Shown here: positions 10,548 to 17,879 of the stretch, piece after piece
Numbering within the stretch: the stretch's first letter is position 1
Layout of the letters: each line of letters opens with the position of its first letter
DNA from: Candidatus Hadarchaeota archaeon
GTDB lineage: Archaea > Hadarchaeota > Hadarchaeia > Hadarchaeales > JAGGTB01
Direction: 5' to 3'
Assembly (NCBI GenBank): GCA_964384105.1
Contig: CAYLJV010000001.1
Location: 320,001-384,000, forward strand
Length of the DNA stretch: 64,000 nt
Notes under the pieces: generated by a model
Seen by the model: only the letters and a program-made list of their open reading frames with translations
Databases searched by the model: none
Told to the model about the DNA's origin: nothing
Program-made: the position numbers and the translations under genes

Positions 10548-11570
10548 ATGTCTGCTTCATTTAATAGTACTCAAGATGAGTTTGGACAGACTCCACCCGA
10601 AGTTCAACCAAGTATTTTAACTATCGGGTGTGGAGGTGCGGGAGGAAATACAATTTCTAGAATCTTTAAATCAGGACTTAAGGGTGTTAGAACAATTGCC
10701 GTAAACACTGATGCACAGGATCTTCTACAAGTTAACGCCGATAAAAAAATCTTGATCGGTAGGTCGATTACTGGAGGATTAGGTGCGGGAGCAGACCCTA
10801 AAGTGGGTAAAGAAGCTGCTGTGGAAGAAGAGGACGCTCTGAGAAAAGCAATTTCGGATTACGAACTAGTTTTCGTGACTTATGGACTTGGTGGTGGTAC
10901 GGGAACGGGATCGGGGCCTGTGATAAGTGAGATAGCTAAAGCTACAGGAGCTTTAGTCGTTGGGATTGTAACTCTTCCTTTTGGGGCAGAGGGTGAAAAG
11001 AGAAATAAAAATGCGAATAAGGGTCTTTCAGAACTCCGTAGATTTGCGGATACTGTTATAGTAATACATGATGATAAGCTCCTAGAAGTTGCACCAGATC
11101 TTTCGCTTGAGCAAGCTTTTGAAATGGCCGATAAGACATTAATGAATACGATAAACGGAATAATTGAGCTTATGACCGAACCGGGTCTCATAAATCTCGG
11201 GCTTAATGATGTTAAAACTATTTTTAGGGATGGCGGTATTGGCGTGGTTGGTTTCGGAGAAGCTAGTGGGGAGGACAGGGCTTTTGAATCGGCCAAAGAG
11301 GCCTTAAATAATCCCCTTTTGGATATAGAAGTAAAAAATGCTAGAAAGGCTTTGGTTAGCGTTATAGGGTGTCCCGATATGACTTTGGGTGAAGCTGAAA
11401 AGGTGGCAGAAACCGTGGAGGGGGAGATGAGTCCGGATTGCTACATCTCATTTGGTGCCAGAGTTTCCGATAATCTAGAGGAAATCATAAGAAGTATGGT
11501 TATAATCACAGGTGCGACTTCTAAACCTGAGAAACCCTCGGAGATAGAACTGGATTTAGAAATGATATAA
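10548..11570 (+). CDS. ftsZ: Cell division protein FtsZ (divergent paralog)
   Basis: GCGGAGGN, AVNTDAQDL, GLGAGA.P..G and GLGGGTGTG motifs. T7 loop reads INLGLND. Confidence 0.92.
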   Translation: MSASFNSTQDEFGQTPPEVQPSILTIGCGGAGGNTISRIFKSGLKGVRTIAVNTDAQDLLQVNADKKILIGRSITGGLGAGADPKVGKEAAVEEEDALRKAISDYELVFVTYGLGGGTGTGSGPVISEIAKATGALVVGIVTLPFGAEGEKRNKNANKGLSELRRFADTVIVIHDDKLLEVAPDLSLEQAFEMADKTLMNTINGIIELMTEPGLINLGLNDVKTIFRDGGIGVVGFGEASGEDRAFESAKEALNNPLLDIEVKNARKALVSVIGCPDMTLGEAEKVAETVEGEMSPDCYISFGARVSDNLEEIIRSMVIITGATSKPEKPSEIELDLEMI

Positions 11571-11587
11571 GTTGGGAGATTTTTTTT

Positions 11588-12178
11588 GTGCCTGAGGAGA
11601 ATTTTCGACTGGATTTAATACTTTTTGGAAGCAAAGGGCCCGAAAATACTGATAAATGCTTTGACTTAGTCTCTAAGAGAATAAGGGACTTGGACTTAGA
11701 CTATCTTGTTGTTGCATCTACTAGTGGGGAAACAGGAGCCAAGGCCGTTAATTTTTTCCGTGATTTAGGGGTCACGGTCATAGTGGTTTCTCATCAGTAC
11801 GGTTTTAGAACGGACGGCGAAATCGAATTACAGGATAAATATCGAGAGATAATAGAAAAATCGAAGAATTCTAAATTAGTAGTTACACCGGATGTTCTGA
11901 CGAGAGTTCCTAAGATGGTTAGGGGGAAGTATAAAGGTTTCAGCTATCTGGATGTGATTGCTGATACTTTGAGGATTTTTAGTGAAGGGGTAAAAGTTTG
12001 TGTTGAGTGTGTTGTACAGACTGCCGATTCGGGAAATATACCTGTCGGCGAAGAAATAGCCGCAATAGCGGGGACAGGTAGCGGAGCTGATACGGGGATT
12101 ATTCTGGAGAGTCAGCATTCTCATAAGCTTCTTGATATTGATATTCGGGAAATTGTTTGTATGCCCAGAAGAGGTTAA
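11588..12178 (+). CDS. Pyruvate kinase C-terminal alpha/beta domain protein (MTH1675-like)
   Basis: GPENT, VVASTSGETG, DTLR.F.EG.KVC.E..AD.G and AIAGTG.GADT motifs. Confidence 0.85.
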   Translation: MPEENFRLDLILFGSKGPENTDKCFDLVSKRIRDLDLDYLVVASTSGETGAKAVNFFRDLGVTVIVVSHQYGFRTDGEIELQDKYREIIEKSKNSKLVVTPDVLTRVPKMVRGKYKGFSYLDVIADTLRIFSEGVKVCVECVVQTADSGNIPVGEEIAAIAGTGSGADTGIILESQHSHKLLDIDIREIVCMPRRG

Positions 12179-12218
12179 ACGGGATTTTCTGAAACGAAAT
12201 TTATACAAAATTGAAAAA

Positions 12219-13475
12219 TTAGTTTGTAAAGGAATCCATGTTTTCAATAACTAGTTCTGCGAATTCACTACATTTGACCTTTTTACCACCATCTATATGG
12301 CGGTAAATGTCGTAGGTTACGGTCTTGTCTTTGATTGTTTTTTCCAAGGCATCTTTTACTAACTTTTGTGTTTTGTCCCAACCAATGTACTGTAACATAA
12401 TTCGCCCCGATAATATCTCCCCGGTAGGATTTACTTTGTCCTTTCCAGCGTATTTTGGAGATGATCCATGGGTAGGTTCGAATACACCTATTCCGTCTCC
12501 GATATTTGAACCAGGAGCTATACCTAATCCCCCGACTTGAGCCGCGGCAGCATCGCTTAAGTAATCTCCATTTAAATTTGGCATTGCGAGGATGTCATAG
12601 TCCGATGTTCTAGTTAGTAGTTGTTGTAGCATGTTGTCGGCTAATCTATCGTTGACTACTATCGTGTTCTCTGGGACATCTTCAGTCTTTTCTTCCCAGA
12701 GAGTGTTTTCAGTTACTACTTCGTCTCCATATTCGTCCACAACTTCGTAACCCCAGTCTCTGAATGCACCTTCAGTGAATTTCATTATATTTCCCTTGTG
12801 GACCAGAGTGACATACTTATATTGGTCTCTGTTCTCGAGAGCGTAATCTATAGCTTTCCTGACCAATCTTTTGGTTGCCCTCTCACTAATTGGTTTGAGA
12901 CCTATTCCAGAATCCGAAGTTACATTAACATCTAACTCATTTTTCAGAAACTCTCTAACTTTTTTAACTTCTTTCGAACCTCTCTCCCATTCTATCCCTG
13001 CGTATAGGTCTTCGGTATTTTCTCTGAATATTACCATGTCCATTTCTTCTGGATTTTTCATGGGTGAGGGGATACCCTCAAGATAATAGACGGGCCTTAC
13101 ACAGGCGTAGAGGTCTAGCTTTTGTCTTATTGCTACGTTCAGTGAGCGAAATCCTCCACCAACCGGAGTAGTCAGTGGTCCTTTCAGTGCTACCCTAAAT
13201 TCTTTTATAGCTTTCAGGGTTTCCTGCGGTAGGTATTCTCCGTAGATTTTCTTTGCTGCTTCTCCTGCATGTATATCCATCCAATGGATATCCTGTCCTG
13301 TTTTTTGTGCAGCTGCTTTTAGAACGTTTCTCGCTGCAGGACTGACATCTTTTCCAATTCCGTCGCCTTTTATCTGTGGAATTATGGGTTCTCTTGGAAC
13401 TACGAAGTTCTTACCGTCCCATTCTATTTTTTTACCCTCTTCGGGTGCCGAAATTTTTTGATAATTTCGAGTCAT
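12219..13475 (-). CDS. icd: NADP-dependent isocitrate dehydrogenase
   Basis: GDGIG, KGPLTTPVGGGFRSLNV, RENTED.Y, VHKGNIMKFTEG and NLNGDY.SD motifs. Confidence 0.96.
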   Translation of the reverse strand: MTRNYQKISAPEEGKKIEWDGKNFVVPREPIIPQIKGDGIGKDVSPAARNVLKAAAQKTGQDIHWMDIHAGEAAKKIYGEYLPQETLKAIKEFRVALKGPLTTPVGGGFRSLNVAIRQKLDLYACVRPVYYLEGIPSPMKNPEEMDMVIFRENTEDLYAGIEWERGSKEVKKVREFLKNELDVNVTSDSGIGLKPISERATKRLVRKAIDYALENRDQYKYVTLVHKGNIMKFTEGAFRDWGYEVVDEYGDEVVTENTLWEEKTEDVPENTIVVNDRLADNMLQQLLTRTSDYDILAMPNLNGDYLSDAAAAQVGGLGIAPGSNIGDGIGVFEPTHGSSPKYAGKDKVNPTGEILSGRIMLQYIGWDKTQKLVKDALEKTIKDKTVTYDIYRHIDGGKKVKCSEFAELVIENMDSFTN

Positions 13476-13535
13476 CGAACTCTACTGACTTTTAGAATTT
13501 TATGAGTTTAAAATCAATTGGAAGTTCAGAGGTGT

Positions 13536-14048
13536 TTATTCTTCCCACTGGAACTTTCCTTTCTTCTTGTACTGTTCTACTAATCCACCATCTTCGAGGA
13601 TCTGTATCAGAAAATCGGGCAGTGGATCTATGTCGTATGTTTTCCCTTTGTCTATATTCTTTAGTTTTCCAGCCCCCAAGTCAATTTCCAGTCTATCTCC
13701 CTCGTCCGTTTCGTCGGGAATTTCTTTACTTTCGATAACCGGGATGCCTACATTTATTGCATTTCGGAAAAATATCCTAGCGAAGAACTTTGCGATGATT
13801 GCCCCAACTCCCAATTCTTTTAGGACTTGCGGGGCCTGTTCTCTGCTTGATCCACATCCGAAATTTTCTCCTGCTACGATCACGTCTCCTTTTTCAACTT
13901 TGTCCGCGAAATCTGGGTCGGCGTCCTCCATTGCATGCTCCGATAATTTTTTCATGTCACGGATTTTGAACTTGTACTTCCCTGAGATTATCAGATCTGT
14001 GCTTATGTCATCTCCAAATTTCCAGGCTTTTCCCTCTATCTTTTCCAT
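13536..14048 (-). CDS. LeuD/HacB-type dehydratase small subunit
   Basis: FGDDISTD.II, NFGCGSSREQA and FARIFFRNAINVG. Specificity loop is YKFK. Confidence 0.93.
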   Translation of the reverse strand: MEKIEGKAWKFGDDISTDLIISGKYKFKIRDMKKLSEHAMEDADPDFADKVEKGDVIVAGENFGCGSSREQAPQVLKELGVGAIIAKFFARIFFRNAINVGIPVIESKEIPDETDEGDRLEIDLGAGKLKNIDKGKTYDIDPLPDFLIQILEDGGLVEQYKKKGKFQWEE

Positions 14049-14049
14049 T

Positions 14050-15303
14050 TTAATCTACCTCTCTTGGATCGGTTATTTCCCCTTTGATTGCTGATGCGGC
14101 TACGGTTAGAGGTGAGCCTAAGTATATTTCGGCATCTTTGGAACCCATTCTTCCTTTGAAGTTCCTATTTGCAGAAGAGATGCATTTTTCCCCCGATGCT
14201 AATATGCCTTGGTGCGATCCGGCACATGGTCCACAACCGGGATTACCGACTATACAACCGGCTTCCATGAATATTTCCAATAAACCTGAATCGAGTGCTC
14301 TCATGTAAATCTCGTTTGATGCCGGAATGACGAGCATTCTGACGTCGGGGTGAACTTTTTTACCTTTTATAATCTCAGCAGCGACTTCTAGATCCTCGTA
14401 TCTTCCGTTGGTACATGTTCCAAGAAATGCCTGATCTATTTTTATGCCTTCCACTTCTGATATCGGTGATACATTGTCAACTTGATGAGGGCACGCAATT
14501 TGAGGTTCCATATCCCCGACTTCGAACTCAATTATTTCCTCGTATTCGGCGTCTTCGTCGTTTTTGGTTAGTTCGATTTTTCCCTTAACCCGTTCCTTTA
14601 GGAACTTTCTTATTTTTTCATCAGGCTCTACTATACCGGTCTTAGCGCCCATCTCGACTGCTAGGTTCGATAAAGTCATTCTTTCTCCTACACTCATATT
14701 TTCTATAGCCTGACCTGCATACTCGACAGCTTTGTAAGTAGCCCCTTCTGATCCTATTTCTCCAACTATTCTGAGTGCTAGGTCTTTCGACATGACCCTC
14801 TCCGGAAGTTCACCTAGGATCTGAAATTTCATAGTTTCTGGAACTTTGAACCATAACTTTCCGCTGAGGAAAACTCCGGCCATTTCAGTGGAACCTATTC
14901 CGGTACCAAAGGCTCCTAAGGCCCCGTAGGTACAGGTGTGGGAATCTGCCCCGGTAACTACAGTACTCGGTTTTACATGACCTTTTTCAGCCATTATCTG
15001 GTGGCATATCCCCTTCCCATAGTAGATGTTTTTTATATTATTTTCAGCAGCAAATTCTCTAATCGATTTGTGCATTTCGGAAGTTCCAACAGATGCACTC
15101 GGAACTGTGTGATCCATAACCAATACTATCTTTTCTGGATCCCAGACCTTACCCCCACCCATCTTTTCGATCGCTTCTATTGTAAGTGGCGCTGTCCCGT
15201 CTTGGGCCATCGCGGTTTCTATTTTTGCAGTTGTGTAATCTCCTGCATAAACATCGGAATCAGATGCTTTGCTTAGAATCTTTTCTGATATTGTTTTTCC
15301 CAA
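14050..15303 (-). CDS. LeuC/HacA-type dehydratase large subunit
   Basis: GICHQ, GADSHTCTYGA, GTCTNGR, PGCGPC and NRNFKGRMG. TTG start after GGTGA. Confidence 0.94.
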   Translation of the reverse strand: MGKTISEKILSKASDSDVYAGDYTTAKIETAMAQDGTAPLTIEAIEKMGGGKVWDPEKIVLVMDHTVPSASVGTSEMHKSIREFAAENNIKNIYYGKGICHQIMAEKGHVKPSTVVTGADSHTCTYGALGAFGTGIGSTEMAGVFLSGKLWFKVPETMKFQILGELPERVMSKDLALRIVGEIGSEGATYKAVEYAGQAIENMSVGERMTLSNLAVEMGAKTGIVEPDEKIRKFLKERVKGKIELTKNDEDAEYEEIIEFEVGDMEPQIACPHQVDNVSPISEVEGIKIDQAFLGTCTNGRYEDLEVAAEIIKGKKVHPDVRMLVIPASNEIYMRALDSGLLEIFMEAGCIVGNPGCGPCAGSHQGILASGEKCISSANRNFKGRMGSKDAEIYLGSPLTVAASAIKGEITDPREVD

Positions 15304-15317
15304 TATAGTTCACCTAA

Positions 15318-16616
15318 TTATATCTCATATCCTGCTTCTTGAGCCCATTCCTTTAGTTCTTCATCTTCTAAGGGATGTCTCCTTTCTCCTTCTAGGAACT
15401 CGTTTTTTATTTTTTCTGTTAACTTTTTGAATTTAGTGTCTTTCATATCCACTTCTATGCCGAAAAGTTCCTCTAGTTTTGCCTTAACGGTATGTTTTCC
15501 CGATCTTTTTCCTATTCTTATCTGTCTTTTTGAGCCTACGAGCTCGGGTGGGAAAACCTCGTATGTCAATGGCAGTTTTTGTACTCCATGGACGTGAATA
15601 CCTGATTCGTGAGTGAAGGCAGCTTCTCCTATTATTGCTTTATCTACTGGCACGTGGTAGTTTATAGACGATGCCAAGAAGTCACTTAGTTCTCTGAAAT
15701 TCTGGAGATTCCACTTCTTGATGTCGTGATGCATGTAACAGTTCATTATGATTTTCTCCGTTTCTGCGTTTCCACATCGGTCTCCTATTCCGGAGAACGT
15801 AGTGCTCACATATACTTCATCGTAAAGTCCTGAAGCGGCCTTTATAGTAGCCCGAGTATTAGCTACCGCGTTTCCGAGGTCGTCATGTCCATGGAATTCC
15901 ACAGCAGATATATTAGTTTCATCATGAATATGCTTGACTTTTGCGGGAACCCCGTGAGGTAATGGGGCTTCGGGATCAGGCTTTCCGCAACCTACGGTGT
16001 CACATATTCTATATACTTCCGCTCCAGCGTCGGCTACGGCATTTATGAAGTTCTTTTCGAATTTCCAGTCTGCTCTAGTGCTGTCCTCCCCGTGCACGAA
16101 TATCCTCAACCCGTGGTCCTTTGCGTATTCGACGGCTTCGACTACTCGTTCGACTAAAGTTTTTGGATCTTTATCTTCCCATTTTTTGAAATGTAAATGG
16201 GACACGGGGTGTGATATTCCGATTTGTTTGAATCCTAATTCTAGTGCTGAGTCTATGTCCAGTTTTTTAGCTCTACACCAAGCGGCTATTATGTCTCCCA
16301 GGCCTTCATCCTGCATCCTTTTGACCCCCTCTTTGTCAGATCGGGCGTACGTGAGAACTTCTATTCTTTCTACGCCGATTTCTCTGAGCAAGACGGCTAT
16401 TCTGGTTGCTTCGGCGGGTGAGGGTGAGATAATACCGGGCATTTGAAGCCCTTCTCTCAATGTGGTATCGTCTATAATTACGTCTACGTCGAGAGGTTGG
16501 GGATTATAGGTTAATTTTTTGAGTTCTTCCCACTTACTGGGGTCAAATTCGAGGGTGCTGAGATTCTCTACCTTTTTTATAAAGTCTTCTTGTTTTCTCT
16601 CTGGATTTTCAACCAT
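15318..16616 (-). CDS. DRE-TIM acetyl-CoA condensing enzyme, Re-citrate synthase-like
   Basis: DDTTLREGLQ, CDTVGCG.PDP.APLP.GVP insert, FHGHDD, GIGDRCGN and HESGIH. Start re-set to ATG 16616 after GGAGG. Confidence 0.82.
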   Translation of the reverse strand: MVENPERKQEDFIKKVENLSTLEFDPSKWEELKKLTYNPQPLDVDVIIDDTTLREGLQMPGIISPSPAEATRIAVLLREIGVERIEVLTYARSDKEGVKRMQDEGLGDIIAAWCRAKKLDIDSALELGFKQIGISHPVSHLHFKKWEDKDPKTLVERVVEAVEYAKDHGLRIFVHGEDSTRADWKFEKNFINAVADAGAEVYRICDTVGCGKPDPEAPLPHGVPAKVKHIHDETNISAVEFHGHDDLGNAVANTRATIKAASGLYDEVYVSTTFSGIGDRCGNAETEKIIMNCYMHHDIKKWNLQNFRELSDFLASSINYHVPVDKAIIGEAAFTHESGIHVHGVQKLPLTYEVFPPELVGSKRQIRIGKRSGKHTVKAKLEELFGIEVDMKDTKFKKLTEKIKNEFLEGERRHPLEDEELKEWAQEAGYEI

Positions 16617-16772
16617 GTTAGGTCCTCCAATAAATTGATATTCGGATATCTTTCCCTTGTTTTTAGTTTTTAATATATAATTAATTGTCTGTTTTCTCCG
16701 ACAAAGTTTTGAATAAAGATGAAACATAAATACCTCTTGATTAAACAGAAGTAGGGTAAAAGAAAACGTCGT

Positions 16773-16909
16773 GCTGGGGTGGCGCAGTAGGTAGCGCGCT
16801 CGGCTGTTAGGTTAAGGCATGGATGAAGAGCGAACCTCCATCTTGTAAACTTGACATGCCGGAAAATGCGGCAACCGAGCGGTCGGAGGTTCGAGTCCTC
16901 CCCCCAGCG
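16773..16909 (+). tRNA. tRNA-Asn(GTT) with 64-nt canonical 37/38 intron (16810-16873)
   Basis: Acceptor GCTGGGG/CCCCAGC with G73, D stem GCGC/GCGC, anticodon stem CTCGG/CCGAG, T arm GGAGG-TTCGAGT-CCTCC. BHB: central helix CUGU/GCGG, bulges UA|G and CA|A. Confidence 0.95.
16816..16860 (+). ncRNA. Intron-encoded K-turn / box C/D-like element
   Basis: Stem GGCATG/CATGCC directly flanks G-ATGAAGA (box C-like) and TTGA (box D-like). Confidence 0.55.
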
Positions 16910-16911
16910 CC

Positions 16912-16924
16912 TTTCTTTCTTTTT
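16912..16924 (+). terminator. Oligo-T archaeal terminator after tRNA-Asn
   Basis: TTTCTTTCTTTTT directly 3' of the tRNA. Confidence 0.55.
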
Positions 16925-17049
16925 AATGTTTTTCTAGTATCTTGAAACAGCTATTATTAATGCTTTGATTAGCTCAATTACGAGATAATTTTATTTCTAG
17001 TCTTAGTTTGGATCTTTTTTCTCTGAAGTTTCTGTATCTATTTATTATT

Positions 17050-17826
17050 TTACTGCTCTTCTATTCGGTAAGTTCCATCGTAATCGATAAATTCGATTAT
17101 TTCCCGGTCTCTCAGAACTTGTAATTGCTGTCTTATTTTAGCTTTGATATGTTTATTTTCCGGATGTTGTTTTTTTAACTGCTCTTTGAACTTATAAATA
17201 TCTTGAAGGGTAAAAATCTCCTTATCTAGCTTTCTAACATATCTGAGTACATCGTTTAACCATCCTTTTGAGGACAACTCTTCTTCTTCCATGAATTCAA
17301 ATTTTTTCCAATATTTTCTAACTTTGGGTTTGGGTAGAATTTCTCCATCTCTAATTATATAAAGAAAAGCGTCTTCGGGAAATTTATTTAATAATATGTT
17401 TGAGCCTTTCCATCCTGATCTCCTGGCATCGTCAGATAATGGTTTTCTTTCTTCAACAGCTTCTAAAGTCATGAAGTGTTTTGGTAGGATCATTAATTCT
17501 TCTACAGTGTATTGCTTGATATCATATCTCAAGAATACCCAATTTGGGGAAAGGCCTTTTTTAATTCGTTTAATTTTGGTATTATACTCCGAATTGGCTA
17601 CTTTATTCCCAAAACTTCTGGATTTAGCTTTTAATTGAAATGTTTCTTCACAGCTAGGACAAATAAAATCCTTAACTTCGGTATTCTCAGGTAATTTTTT
17701 TACTTTGTCGGAATCACAAGCTGGACAATACATCTCTTCCTTGAACCAAGCTTCTGTCAAAACTCTAGCTATCTGTGATTTTGATTTATAATCTTCTGCT
17801 TTTGATTGGTCCATTGATAGTTTCAT
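17050..17826 (-). CDS. DpnI-family (Dam-replacing) m6A-dependent restriction endonuclease
   Basis: YKS.SQ.ARVLTE.W, two CxxC pairs, RKPLS..ARR.GW.G.NI, and winged-helix KIRQQLQ.LRD. Colinear with pneumococcal DpnI as I recall it. Start re-set to ATG 17826. Confidence 0.93.
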   Translation of the reverse strand: MKLSMDQSKAEDYKSKSQIARVLTEAWFKEEMYCPACDSDKVKKLPENTEVKDFICPSCEETFQLKAKSRSFGNKVANSEYNTKIKRIKKGLSPNWVFLRYDIKQYTVEELMILPKHFMTLEAVEERKPLSDDARRSGWKGSNILLNKFPEDAFLYIIRDGEILPKPKVRKYWKKFEFMEEEELSSKGWLNDVLRYVRKLDKEIFTLQDIYKFKEQLKKQHPENKHIKAKIRQQLQVLRDREIIEFIDYDGTYRIEEQ

Positions 17827-17879
17827 TAAATTTTCGATGATATCTAAGAGTCTTTTCAATAAAAGGATTTTTAATTTGG

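Noticed and set aside
16617-16727. 37-aa N-terminal extension of the synthase ORF
   Set aside because: AT-rich promoter sequence. The GGAGG SD sits before ATG 16616.
16842-16848. CTTGTAA in the intron resembling a tRNA-Thr(UGU) anticodon loop
   Set aside because: No flanking anticodon stem or other tRNA arms. Likely chance.
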